DNA of 64,000 nucleotides from Azolla caroliniana (taxonomy: Eukaryota; Plantae; Polypodiophyta): the NCBI GenBank assembly GCA_043228905.1, contig JBHGNT010000007.1, positions 7,874,001 to 7,938,000 on the forward strand, given 5' to 3'. Position 1 is the stretch's first letter, and each line of letters begins with the position of its first letter. Positions 1 to 13,630 of this stretch are shown here, piece after piece. The translations under genes and the position numbers were made by a program. Below the pieces are notes generated by a model. That model was not told where the DNA came from. It saw only the letters and a program-made list of their open reading frames with translations, and made no database searches.

Positions 1-1469
1 GAAGAATCTGTATAGATTTTGATATTCCAAGGCCATTGATCTTTGTATCCACGTTTTTGTTTAATCCTTGCAACCTGTAACACCACTCATAAGTCAAGCA
101 TACAGGTGGAATTATTAACAGAACGGGGCGAGATTTTAATCAGATCCTGTGTTCTCAACAGAAACATTAAGATTACAGCAGAACACAAATGCAGAAATTT
201 GGAGAAGACTGAAAAAGATCAATAAAAAAGTCGGCAAGCAAATGTTAAGTAGCATTAACTCTAAAGACTGTTAAATCGGGACGAAATATAAACCATTCAG
301 TCACATATCCAAACCTTGAAGCACTGGATCTACCACATCCGTGTGCTTTCTTCGCAGAATGCAATTTATACAACGGAAAATCTGGTTTTGAGCCTACTAA
401 TTACATCACTCACCTACATCAGACGAATATTCCACACTTCTGAGAACAAACCGTGGTGTAATCCGCAATGAGTGAACGCACACAGGCAATCAAAGATAAC
501 AAGCGAAAACTCCTGCAAGTGCAACAAACACAACTGAACCACATCCCCATGCACTAATCTAAAATTTGTGAGAAGAAAAAGTTGTCATAAACATCTAATG
601 TGGAGCAAGTGTCCTCAATCAGAATCTCCCATGGACCAGAAGTAAGGGGTTCTACCAACCTGAATCACCTACACTTGCCTTATCCAGAAGCAGGATACAA
701 ATATCAAGCAGGATGCAAAGATCTGCGAGGTCATCAGGAGAGATCATAAAAAGCCTTCCATTAGTATGACAAAAACAGAAGTGCCATGACACTCGGCATC
801 TCCTATGCATCCTTTCCTTTTAAATTTTAGAGGGGAAGATCGTCTTACCTGTCCCAGGTTCACATTGCAGTTCACACTAGCTTGTAGTTGAGGTTCAGCT
901 ACAGTCCTAAAAGTTTCACCTACCGTTCTCCATAAATGGTATTAAGACTCAAGGTCCTAATTCACAAATCAGGGGGTCTGTCTGCTAGAAACGAACCACT
1001 TCATTCTACTTCTCATTAAATAGTCTCGCGTGCTGAATCCGCATGTGCCATGCCTCAGCACCTTTGAATAAGAGATTACGTACAGACTATTTCATTGAAT
1101 CTAGTTACACAAGTATGCCACTAATTAAAGTCTAGTGCCTTTGACTTCTCATTGTAAATGTTCATGATAGAAGAGACATGCTTTAAATCCTATACTAGCA
1201 GAATTAATAGTATCAAGGCAAAGAGATTGCCTCTTGAACATTTGGTGAAGAAATGGATGTTAATATAATGATGTTGCAAGCATCACCAAAACAGCTGTAT
1301 CATGGTACCCACAATTACAAGCTTCACCAAACAGCAGTATCTAAAATTTACATCATCCTCTGAACAGTTGGAAATGTACATAACCAAAAGGGAAAACTAA
1401 TAATTACACTATGGAATTAGCAAGCACTTAACAGAAACAAAAATCCACTACAAGTTCTTATAGAATTAC

Positions 1470-3794
1470 CTGTCCAATGCCTCCAAAGAGCTCTCGTAGC
1501 TCATCGATTGTAACATCCAATGGGAGCCCAGTGATGTATATCCTTGCATTGTCACATCTTTCATCACAATTTTCATCGCATTGCTTCACTTTAACAGTTT
1601 CTGTGCCACCAGCAGACTTTGCATCAGCTCCATACTCCCCACCACGATTTTCAGTGTACCCAGAACCTCTCTCAGACCCATAATTTCCTCTGCTTCCCCT
1701 ATTGTCCCCACCATAATCTCCTCTGCCTCCCCTACTGTCTCCACCATAACCTCCTCTTCCCCCCTTACTCTCACCAGCAAGCTCTCCACCACCACCATAG
1801 TTTCCTCTAGGAGCCCCTGATTGACCTCCATAAACATTTCCAGATGGCGGTGCACTACCTGCATATTGATTTCTCCCACCACTGGCATAATCATAACCAC
1901 CACCAGCAGCTTGGTTGCCATAATCATTGTTTCCTTGCCGATAGTTACCACCTCCACCACCACTCTGGGCATTGTATCCATCTCCTCCATAGGAACCCCC
2001 TCTATGACCACGACCGCCGCCGCCACCGCCTCCATATCCACCTGATCCTGTCTGTCCACCACCACTAGGTTTTCCAGCCCCACACTTGTTACATTCCACT
2101 CTCCTAGCGAAGTTCACATTACCACAGCTGAATTTATAAAACAAAGAGAAAATAAAAGTTTAGCAACAAAGGGGAAAAGCTTCAAACCTAAACAAAATTC
2201 ATGGCAGCTGATTTGAAACAAGTTTGAGAGAACAGAGAGAGCTATACAAAAAGAGCACATCAAACTTAAAGCCAATCACAATACAGGTTAATTCATAACA
2301 GATGGAGAAACTGCAGAGAACTGGACACGATCAAAATCTATCAAATGTATAATCCTTTCACAGCAACTGAATTCATAAAAGAAGAATTCAACGCAGAAAT
2401 CTTTCAAGGGACAGCTGAAATCAGAAAACAAGGAACAATCACAGAGAACCAGCATAAAGAAGAACACAACTTCATATTTCAACAACAGGGCACAAAAAGA
2501 TCAAACGTGCCAACAGTTCACACAAATGTCCAAAGAGAACTACACCTTGAAACATTAACGATTTAGCAGAAAATCCAAAACCAACGAGAAAAACAAACAG
2601 AACTATGAAAAACGAGCATCTAGAAACTTCAATTTTTTAAAAACAGAATTCAATGCAAAAAGGATAGAAAAATCACTTAGAACTAACAGATGAACACACA
2701 GCAAGTTCTTCGTGCTACAGAAGAGTTTGAAATAGACGGCAAATTTCAGAGGTAACAACGAAGAAATAAATCAAACTTTCACGTATATTAGGTTATGATT
2801 CAAATCATGAACCAACAGTAGAAAATCTGACACAAATAGAAAGAAGGAACGCATCAGATTTTAAAACATTTCCCAATCTTCTCAGATGTGCAACGGTTTT
2901 GGAGAGTTGAAATAACTTTGAGGCGTACAACAGTTTCCAGATGTAGAATTACTAACCTTGGGTTTGATCTATAGATGACCACATCAAACAGTTAAAATGT
3001 TTCATGTTACCTTCAGATGTATAGCGATTTTCAGGAGTGATTCTACACAGAATGAACAAATCGACCCTTCAAATGTTTCACAATATGTAAACATGTAGAA
3101 CAGCTCCTAGATGTAGAAATACAGTTGAAGTTCTAGCCTAGTGTGCGTCACTCTCCAAACTACAAAGTTTTAAGGACACATCAAATCTTCGAATGTTCCG
3201 CTACATTTTCAAATTTAGACCACTATCTCGATGTCATTGCCATGGTTTCGAAATTTCCAGATTTCTGAAACAAGGAGGAATTTTTAACCTTGTGAAGTGT
3301 GATTCAACATAGAATGAACAAACATTCAAACGTGGAAAAACAATATCGTTAGAGTAGGACAGTTCCCAGATACATGGCACTTTATGGAATAGTGTACAGT
3401 AGAATTACCAGCCTATCAAAACCGTTTATAGCCTGAAATACATCAAACCTTCACTTGGAAGACGGTTTCCAGATGACAAACAGTTTACAGACTGACGAAT
3501 GGTAGAATTACTAACCTTGCGGTAGGGCAAGTCCAATCGCCTTCTCTTTGGCCTCCACCACGGCCTCCTCCACCACCATCTCCACCTCCTTGCCTTCTGT
3601 CACGACCTCCACCATAACCACCCCCACCATAGCCACCTCCTGCACACACATACTCAGCAACGAGAATTTCGGCCAAGAAGATCAGGCTGCAAAGACAGCC
3701 GGGTGAAAGGGAAAAAAAAAGCTTTGAGCGAGAGAGCGTGTTTACCTCGACCACCATAAGAGGATCCGTAACCTCCGCCATCGTCGCCAGACAT
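1470..3794 (-). CDS. TAF15b: TAF15b-like FET-family RNA-binding protein, 5' exons only (3794-3746, 3639-3516, 2127-1470); gene continues off the left edge
   Basis: Spliced GT-AG exons give MSGDDGGGYG..., a RanBP2 zinc finger split by an intron (WTCPTAS/CGNVNFARRVECNKC), a G/Y/RGG-rich region and the start of an RRM (KQCDENCDERCDNARIYITGLPLDVTIDELRELFGGIGQ). Confidence 0.88.
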
Positions 3795-3846
3795 GGATAA
3801 TAGCTTGTTCGGGCCACAGAGTGGGGAGAGTCGCAGAAATAACGAC

Positions 3847-3936
3847 AGGGTTAGGGTTAGGGTTAGGGTTAGGATTAGGATTAGGGTTAGAAAAGACAGA
3901 GAGACAGACAGAAGCGACAGGTCACTGAAAACCCTA
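3847..3936. promoter_or_regulatory. Telomere-like (TTAGGG)n tract plus telo-box (AAACCCTA) upstream of the TAF15b start codon
   Basis: About 7 TTAGGG/TTAGGA units at 3847-3890 and AAAACCCTAG near 3928. Confidence 0.6.
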
Positions 3937-3974
3937 GCCTCGGCCTTTTTCCTTGAATCTGTTCTTTTAATTTA

Positions 3975-4165
3975 TAAATATATATGAGCATATAATATAT
4001 ATATATATATATTGTATATGTATATAGATATATATATATACAGTATATGTATACATGTATATGTATCTATTATTATATATACATATACTATATATCAATA
4101 TGTATGTATATATATGTATATGTACATATGCATATCATATACATACATTGTATATGTATATATGT
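3975..4165. repeat. (TA)n/(TACA)n low-complexity microsatellite region
   Basis: Long imperfect TA/TATG runs. Confidence 0.8.
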
Positions 4166-4399
4166 CTTGAACGGGTGATTTGTTGTTATCTCACCTTCCC
4201 TGATGTTTGAACTAAACCATTTGCCATGCCTCCCTCCCTCTGTTATCACTCGTAGCTCATGACGCAAAGATCAAATATATTATCTGGTATCCCACCAACA
4301 TTTTTGGTCAAGCCTACAATGAATACTTCTGCTCTGTATCAACCCTTTCAACTCTTAAAAAATGAACTACTTGCTTCTTATCTTCTAGTGGATTTTTAT

Positions 4400-5560
4400 C
4401 TTAGTCCTATCACTGAAAGGATTTGAACCTCCAATCTCCCATGTATGATGTCATAACCAATGCATCTCAACAAATCATGTTGTTATGACAAAATACTTGT
4501 CATACATTTAGATCTATCTTTCCAGAAATCTCTAAAACATTCTAGAAACATCAAAAGCATGCATGCATATTTTCAGAGTATTCTTCATGGATATATTCGA
4601 AAATATTATTTGCACACATGTAGTTCTCAAGAACATGTATAAATACGATTGTTCATTTTGATCACAATCAAGGTGACCAACACCGGTTGTGGGATCATAA
4701 GAATATGTTACAACATAGCACGTTTTGTACATTACTAGAACTCTTTTAGATTAAGTTCTAATTTTATTTTATTTTATTTTTGATGATTGGGTAAACACCC
4801 TATTTTGTTGTAAACCAATTGTCTCATGGGCCAAATTTGGCCTTCGAAGACGTTAATATATCTTTCTTTCTTTCTCTCTGAACATCTCATTTCTTGTATC
4901 ACAATTCATGTCTCCATTTTGCTCTAATCTACCTATCCGTGACACATTGTTCACCTTCCACCTTCCTAAGCCTCGTCATGTTTGAATCCACCAATGACCT
5001 AAACCAAATCATGGCAACATTGCAACACCTCCAAATTGAAAATGACAACCTTTAGGGGTCATTGCATAAACTTGAAGATGCCACTCTAATGGAGCTTGAG
5101 GCATTGAAACCGAACCCTACATCAACAGAGCATGGTTTTGCATCGATGTTTCATTGGCACCTATCTTTGCTCTAACCCCTTTCTATCCTAATGTTTTGGA
5201 TCTGAAGCTCAATCTACTGGAGAAATTCGATAGTACAAGAATGCATTGTCAAGGGTTTATCAATGAGATCTAACTTGTCATCAAACTATAGTTCCAAAGC
5301 TATTTTGATGATTTTCATTGAGTTGGTATGGTAGGCTCGCGCAGCTAGTTGAAACATTATCATCTATTTGACTAAATTTTGATGTTTTCCTTACGTAGTT
5401 CAAATCAACATTGAGTGTCCCTTATCAAGCTCTATTCGTTACATCAACATATGCACATGTCTCTATTTATGCTTTAGAGTTTCAACAACTTGCGTGTGAT
5501 ATTCAATGAGATGGACAAGCCTCATGCAACCACTTCCATTGGGGGAATCTTCGTTAAACT
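4400..5560 (+). mobile_element. Highly decayed relic (LTR + gag) related to the Gypsy element at 14974-20219
   Basis: Shares LTR motif caatcaaggtga.caacacc.gtt, LTR end ccgtgaca followed by ttgttcacctt, and degenerate gag (LQIENDNL, EKFD). Confidence 0.6.
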
Positions 5561-5569
5561 TTCTAGAGC

Positions 5570-5840
5570 TCATATCCTTGTCACAAACAATTTTGTGAGT
5601 AGTTTGTTGCAATAATTTACTTTTTGAATTTTGTCAAGAAGCGCACGCGACCCAATGGTCTCGATCATTCCAATGAGAGCACCAATGTTATTAAGTATTT
5701 GCCATCTAAGACACAAGTTGTGAAGACATCGACGCCAACAACATACATGAAGCTCAAGAAAGACACTAGGAATAGGGGGATAGAATACATCTAAGTTGAA
5801 ATGGAGCCCAACCCCATTGTAAAAAGCTATAAATGTCAAC
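5570..5840 (-). pseudogene. Possible PPR gene relic
   Basis: Weak PPR-like residues (NIGAL, ALLD, ...RDVV.W); badly disrupted. Confidence 0.3.
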
Positions 5841-6442
5841 CTTTAGTGACTTTTTAAGATTTTCTTCTTTCGTGATTCTTTTTTTTTTTCCAAAACAATA
5901 TTCTTCATTAGTATAAATTCTTCATACATGAGAAAATGATTAGTCTGACAACATTGTAAAAGTTGTGGCCATGATAGGCCAATAAAAAACTCAAAGACTC
6001 AAAGTAGAAGACTACAAAGAACGGTGGACACACATACATGCCTCTTCTTCCCATCTCATGTGATCATTGTCTAAGACCCAATGTTCCTCCATCTTCTTCC
6101 ATTCTCGCATGTTGATCAACATACAAATAAACGCTCATCACCATGGCTTCACAATATATTTGACCTTTATCTACCATGGTTGTATGACTACAAGCATTTC
6201 CAACCAGATTTGCTAAAACTCCATTTCTTCTCATCTGGCCATACCCATTCTTTCGTGATTCTTTCCTTTCATTTACTATAATAGAGCTCTCACGCTCTCC
6301 CCTTAATATTCCATTAGAGCTTAAGAGTGATTAAGGTTTAGTGCTAATTAGCTAAACCCTAATCACTCTAACTCTTGTATGAAGTGTGTTATTTATCTCG
6401 TTATCTTCTTATGTGTGCATTGTGTACTCATTTACTTTTATT

Positions 6443-7365
6443 GAGATAGATAGATAGATAGATAGATAGATTATATTATCGTCTTCAGAGGTCAAATATG
6501 ACCTATGAGACCAAAAATATTACATTTCACGTGATACGTGTGAAAGTGAGTAGTGACTCTCGATGTTCAAGAACTTTACCAATGAATGTTGCAATCGAGA
6601 GTGCACATTGTGGTTGTGAGAGGAATTCATGCAAAGATTGGGCTCAATCGAAGAGATGTGGAAAGCATGGTCGAATATGATCAAAGGCAGAGCATTGTAT
6701 CAAAGTGTGATACTCAGACTCACGAACTTGTTTAGGGCAAAGTGTGCATAGCCGACCACTCTCATCACTTGTACCCCAACGCCCTGTTTCACATCGCAAT
6801 GCATGTGAGCTAAGTCGCATGGAAGCAATGGTTCGAATGGAAGATAATGGTATGGCCTCTAACATGTATGGATGTGTATGATTTCCCCGTTCCGCAAAGA
6901 ATATGGTTTTGTAGTTAGGTGCAACATGTGTAGTATAATGTGTGAAGCGTGAGCCTCCACATTTGTCCCATGTCATGATACATTGGCGTTGCAAAAATGC
7001 CTCATTTATAGAGGAATCTAATGATGCATCATGAAGCAAGTGTCTCACATCCCATCTACCAAACCATTTTTCTATATCTTGCATCCAACCGGAACACAAA
7101 ATTTTGCTTTTATGCGTCTTTTGGATCTTTTTGCTTGCTTCCCACGCAATTCTAGGAAGTCAATGTGAGGGACTTTTTTGAACCTTAAGCATGTATTCAA
7201 CAACCCTTTCCATGGCCATGATCTCAATGGGAAGTGATCCCGTCTCAAGGAGGAGGAGGGTGTAGGGCGTTTGTTTCCTAACTTGTAGAAACTTGGTAAG
7301 AAAATGCTTTTGGACATTTTCAAACTCTTTCCACATAGATTTAGGGATGCTACCGCCCCATAGAT
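6443..7365 (-). mobile_element. 5'-truncated non-LTR retrotransposon (LINE, RTEX-like) 3' end with (TATC)n tail
   Basis: Frameshifted ORF2 C-terminus ending RLSSHALRCETGRW...RLCTLC...ESEYHTLIQC; (GATA)n tract at 6443-6470 downstream. Confidence 0.7.
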
Positions 7366-7418
7366 TTAGAGAGATAAGATGAGGGAGAGAAAGTCTAAGC
7401 ACTACAACTTAAGGGTAT

Positions 7419-10400
7419 TGTAAAAGAATACGTGTGTGGAAGCATATGCGTATGACACAGAGTACACGGTTCGGAAGTACAATAGTTCGGTAAAATGCAG
7501 AAATCACAGAGAGGGAGAGTGAGAGATAGAGACAGAGACAGAGCAAAAACACGAAAGTATAATCAAAAAATTCTTTGTATGTTCTCTGTGTGTGTATACA
7601 CTTCGTGCTTAGTGAGCACCTTTTATACAAGCCTTGACCATTGGGCTGACACAAGTACTTACAGTACTTGACCGCTCATAAATGAGCATCCTACACTTAC
7701 TCCCAAAATTATTCCTTACGAGGAATAACATTCTAACGGCCTCTCGGTTTAAACACCGCCACGACCATATTTTGCGTATGGTTTTACGCACCCAATGTTG
7801 AGCTTGTCTCTCAAAACTCCCCCTCAAGCTCAACTTGAGGTTCCATCCGCTTTTCCAAATCTTCGTTTCGGCCTCTCCTAGCGTCACGCCTCGCTCGCGC
7901 TCCTTGACTCATTCGATTCCACACGCTTCGACCCTTCCGGTCGGCTTGTCTGCTCACGTGGCCCTTCTCAGCTCCCTTGTTGTCGCGGTGTTGGCGCCTC
8001 TTTCGCTGCCCTTTCCTCCGCTCGGCCCTTAGTTGATTCGGCATGTCTGAATCAAACATTTCGATTAAATCGGTCACTTCTGATTAAATTCCACTCTCGC
8101 CCGAATTGATTGTCTCCAATTCGTCTTTTGTTTTTAGGCCCTTGACAACATCAAACCACGTCTTTGTCTTGGCCTTTACGCCCTTCCTGGCTGTATTTCC
8201 CCTTTGTTCGGCTGTCTTCGACTCTTCCTTGCAATTACGACCCCTATTTTCTTCTTCGGCTTCTTCAGCCGGCCCAAAATCGAATTCTTCATCCGATTCG
8301 GCATCACGGTCACTACTGCTCCTTTCACAATCCTGTCTCCCCCTCAAGTTGGGTGTGTCGAGGTGACGCAAACCCAGCTCACCCGAGAAATGCCGCAACT
8401 TGTCGAGACCAAGGGGCTTGGTGAAGATGTCGGCAATTTGCCGACCAGTGGGAACATACGCTAGTTCGACTTCACCAGAAAGGACACGCTCGCAAACAAA
8501 ATGGTAGTGCACCTCAATGTGCTTGGTCCGGGCGTGGAATACAAGATTTTTCGCAAGGTGGATGTTGCTAAGGTTGTCGCAATAGATCATCCTCGGATCA
8601 GACACCTCCACATGCAGATCCCGTAATAGTCGTTTCAGCCAAATGACTTCGCACGTAGCGATAGTCGCCCCTCGATATTCGGCCTCCGTGCTTGACAACG
8701 CTATTATCGGCTGCTTCTTACTGCTCCACGTGATCACCGCACTTCCCAATGAAAATGCGTATCCAAATGTGGATCTACGATCATGGGCATTTCCGGCCCA
8801 ATCGGCATCCGTGTAGCCAACTAATTGTTCGGCTACGCCTGTGCGATACAACAACGCCTTTCCTGAATCTCGTCGAAGCTTTACATTTCTATCCAGAGGG
8901 CTCGAGATGGGCTTACAGTGGGCCATCCCGAACTTGAAGAGCATGTTCAACGCATAATGACGTTGGCTGATCAATATGCCTTCAGGGGAACGGATCACTT
9001 CGATCCCGAGGAAGTAATGAAGGTCTCCAAGATCCTTCATTTCGAATGATGCCACAAGTTGAGACTTGATGCGGCCGATTTCTTCCAGGTCGGCACCGAT
9101 GATGACTAAATCATCAGCGTAAAGTAAAAGACAAACCGGGCCATGTCAACCTTGCCGAACGAACAATGAAGAGTTTGATTTTGATGTCGTAAACCCCATT
9201 CTACACAACCGTTGCGTAATCTTCGCGTTCCAAGCTCGCGGGGCTTGCTTAAGTCCGTATAATGCCTTCTTCAATCGGCAGACTGCCGAAGTGTTTTGTT
9301 CGGATAGAAATCCGGGGGGCTGAACCATGTACACCTGTTCCTCAAGATCACCTTGCAAGAACACATTCTTTACATCCATCTGATGTAGATGCCACCCCTT
9401 CGCCACAACTACGACTAGCAGAACTTGCACGATAGTCATCTTCGTGACTGGTGCGAAGGTCTCGTCATAATCTATGTTGTGCTTCTACATGTAGCCTTTC
9501 GCAACCAAACGGGCCTTATATCGGTTGACGGAGCCGTCGATGTTGTATTTCACCTTATACACCCATCTACATCCGATCGACTTTACACCCTTCGGTACGT
9601 CAACTAGGTCCCAAGTCTCGTTGTCCGATAAAGCGCGCATCTCTTCTTCCATCACGGCACGCCAGTTTGCATCTTCCACTGCTTCTGCGTAGCTCTCTGG
9701 CTCACACACTTCCGCCACTCGTGTCATGTACGCATAATGGTGTGCCATGTATTCATTATACCCGTATCTCTTTACGGGGTTCTTCAGGTGGGTAGATCGG
9801 CGTAATTCGTGATTACCTGATTTCACGGCCTTTTCAGCCGATTTCGACTTCTTCCATGGAGATTCCTTTTCGATTGGCCCGCCGTCAGATTCGCTCTGAT
9901 ATGACTCGATCGTATTCCGACATTTTCTTCTTCCCTTTTTCTTTACGCATAAACCGTCTCCTCGGTTCTTTACGCAGGGACAACATGGCTGAGTCTCCAC
10001 TACTCGCCAACTCTTCATTTGGTTGGCCATCTCGGCCCAACCCCTTATTCGGCCCACTTAGTCGAAATGAGATCGGACTCTCTGTCAGAGCTCCGATTTC
10101 CTCATCACGCGGAGGCAGCTTGGCCTCGCTGACCTCTTCTTTAGAATTCGGAATGGAGTCATGAGGTAGTGGAGGGGAAGGCAAGTACCACGAAGCGGAC
10201 TCGTCGAAAATGACATCTCGACTTACGTGCACTTCCTTTGTTCGGGGGTGATAACACTTATACCCTTTCTGCTCGTCTGGATAGCTGACTAAGATGCACT
10301 TTTCGGCTTTGGCGTCCAACTTCCTCCTCTTCTCCTTCGGCACATGCACATACGCAATGCTGCCGAAAATCCTCAAGTGTGCAAGGTTCGACTTCTTCCC

Positions 10401-13400
10401 GAAATACAATTTATGTGGCGACACTCCTCCATTAGAAAAATTCCAATTCTGCAAATAAATAGCTGTCCATACGGTTTCAACCCAATAAAACTTCGGCATA
10501 TGCTTCTCTTCAAGCATTGCCCTGGCCATTTCTTCGATTGTCCAATTCTTCCGCTCGGCCACGTCGTTCTGCTGCGACGTGTATCTACACGAGAATTCGC
10601 ATCGAATTCACTCCTTCTGTAGATAACTTGTGAACTGGTCAAAGAAGTACTCCTTCCCGCCATCGGACCTGAGGCACTTGATTTTTCGCCTTATTTCCCT
10701 TTCCGCAAGGCTCTTTACCTTCAGGAACCATGCGAAGAATTCACTCTTTTTCGCGACCGTACATGCCTAGGTATGCCAAGGGAAATCATCGATGAAGGTT
10801 ACGAAGTAACGACATCCACTGAGACTCAGATTCTGTGCCAGTCCCCACACATCCAAATGGATTAAGTCGAGCAGATTTCGACTCCGATTACGCTCGTTTG
10901 GGAATGGAAGTCGGTGCTACTTCCCAAGTTGGCAGGCTTCGTAGACTTGGCCATTATGGCCCCAAAATTTCGGCAATCCGAAAACAATATTCTTCGTCTG
11001 CATTTCGCAAAGCCGTGGGAAGTTAACGTGGTCGAACCACTTGTGCCACAAGTTGATATCCGATTTGACCTTCTGTCCTTTCGTGAACAACGCGGTTCCG
11101 GCTTGGTCGGTGTCGAGGATGAACATCCTCCCTTCACAGTGCCCTTGCGTGATAACTTGGCCTTCCTCTTCAATGTAGCACTCGAGGTGCGTGAATCGAA
11201 CTTGCATCCCCTAGTCGACGATCTGATCGACCGACACCAGGTTCTTGGTTATTGTTAGGACGTGCAACATGTTCATAAGTTACCCTTTTTGCCCGATGTG
11301 GCTGAGGGGAACTTCTCTGACATGTTCGATGGTATGCGGAGTGTCATCTCTCGTTTCGACCACTCCTTGCTTTTCTGGTTTCCTCATGACTCGTCATATG
11401 ATTTGACACTCCGGAATCAACATACCACACCTTGCTCGATTTCGAGGTGTTCATGGCCATCGAATTGGCCTTGTGCTTCATTATGAAGGCTGGACCCGAT
11501 CCTGTTCCGGCTGGTTCGGAGCCTTCGGCTTAGTGCGATTTCTGACACCTTCCTGCGCTCTTCCACTCCATCCGGCTTTGTCTGAATCGGCTCTCTTCTT
11601 CCAGCACCCGCTCTCACTATGGCCTTTCTTGCCACAATACCAGCATTCCGTTGCAACCTTCACTTGTCGGCTTCCGGCGCCGCTATGACTCCCCTACTTC
11701 CGGAGGGTTCGGAATTGCTTCCTGTTACGAAGGGCACTACGACCCTTTTGTGTGCACAACGGATCGTGATGCGCTAGATCGTTTAGTGCTCAAGACAGAA
11801 AGGGGAAGGGGAAGGAGACTTACCTTTGTAGCAAAACAAAAGCTTCTATTCCATTACATGCAGAGCTCAACTTGCTCTCGTCAGTTTTCTGTTTTCTATT
11901 CTTACAACTCTCTGCACTACTCTCACTCTTCTACTTTCCTACTTACTACACTTACTTTTTACCTTAGTATATAAGTGACTTATATATACAACAAATTAGC
12001 TTCCAGTAGCTAATTAGTTGTATGTAGCTAAATAACTGTCAATAGCTAAATAGTTGTGCATAGCTAAATAACTATTTCACCTTTATGTCCACTAATAGCT
12101 AATTAGCTAATAGCTACTATAGCTTATTTCTCAATAAGCATCACATACCTTTGTTGAGCTTGCTTCTCAACACTTCCGACATTTCGATTATGCCACACGT
12201 TCTACTCTTTTCGGCCACCTCCATTGCGCGCCAATCCGCCTCGTCCATCACGATCACGGGGCCCATCTTCCTCCGTGTACAACATCCTGTCGTCGGCATG
12301 CTTACTCGTCGACGCACCCGCATGATTTTCCTCCATGAGCAACATCGACTGAAGCTCGAAGAATGATGGCGTATTCTCCCTTGTGCAAACTATCGTTCGG
12401 AATGCTCCGAACTTTGACGCTAACCCTCCAAGAAAAACCTGCACCATTTCGTCCTCCTCGACATTCACGTTGACGAAGGCAAGAGAGTCACAGATCTCCT
12501 TGATTCGGGGCATGTAATTGGCCAAAGATAGATCTTTTTGTCGGACATTGCTAGCTCTTGCCTGAGCTGCAGCTTCCTGGCCGTTGTGCTAGAGGCGAAA
12601 ATCCCCTTGAGATTCACCCACGCGTCCTTTGGCGTCTTAGCATCCCGAATGTAGCTCAAGAGATGGTTGCTCACACAAGACGCGAAGCAGTAAAGAACTC
12701 TGCTTGCCGCTTGTTCCCAAGCTGAGAAGTCTCTATGTGTCAATTCAAGTGTTGTATCATTAGCTCATTCGACATAACTCCAGTAACCATGACCAGGCAG
12801 GTACTGGTGCATCTTGTATGACCAAGATGCGTAGTTGCTCTTGTCGAGCTTCTCAGTCAGTAGCGAGCTTCCCATTCATCTGTCCATATTGCTGTCTTAT
12901 CCTTTCTGAAAAAAAATTAGCTTAAATATGTCTTTATTGCAAGCTTTTCTGTCGGTTGCAGAGGAGTCTCAACCCTCGCGCTCTGATACCATGTAAAAGA
13001 ATATGTGTGCGGAAGCGTATGCGTATGACACAAAGTACACTATTCGGAAGTACGATAGTTCGGTAAAACGTGGAAATCATAGAGAGGGAGAGGGAGAGGG
13101 AGAGAGAGAGAGAGAGCAGAAACACGAAAGTATATTCAAAATATTCTTTGTATGTTCTCTGTGTGTGTATACACTTCGTGCTCAGTGAGCACCTTTTATA
13201 CAAGCCCTGACCATTGGGCTGACACAAGTACTTACAATACTTGACTGCTCATAAATGAGCATCCTACACTTACTCCCAAAATTATTCCTTACGAGGAATA
13301 ACATTCTAACGGCCTCTCGGTTCGCCACGACCATATTTTGCGTACGGTTTTACGCACCCGTTTACGCACCCAATGTTTTACGCACCCGTTTACGCACCCA

Positions 13401-13422
13401 ATGTTGAGCTTGTCTCTCAACA
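7419..13422 (-). mobile_element. Full-length degenerate Ty1/Copia LTR retrotransposon; LTRs 12992-13422 (5') and 7419-7816 (3')
   Basis: Paired LTRs; TSD GGTAT (7414-7418 and 13423-13427); tRNA-Met PBS (TGGTATCAGAG, 12981-12991); PPT 7817-7828; gag, zinc knuckle, integrase, RT (YKARLVAKG, QMDVK) and RNaseH (ADIFTK) fragments in Copia order, with stops and frameshifts. Confidence 0.93.
11723..12172. mobile_element. Solo LTR inserted in the Copia gag region
   Basis: TGTT...AACA ends, 5-bp TSD CTTCC (11718-11722 and 12173-12177), internal TAGCTA repeats. Confidence 0.85.
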
Positions 13423-13630
13423 GGTATCAAAGCTAGAAGCTCGAGAGTGAGACAACCACTCTTCCCTAGTTCACCACCAAGAAGGTAAATGTCGATCCGG
13501 ATCCTGAAGAACTCCATCGATTCATTGACATGTTCGCATGTCGTGCACACGGAAACCATACATCTATTTGGCATCGCTGCCAGGAATAAGATCAACGCTT
13601 GAAGTTATCAATGAGCAGGTAGGAAGCTCT

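Noticed and set aside
1477-2083. His/Ser/Val-rich overlapping ORFs
   Set aside because: Alternative frames and antisense of the Gly-rich TAF15b exon
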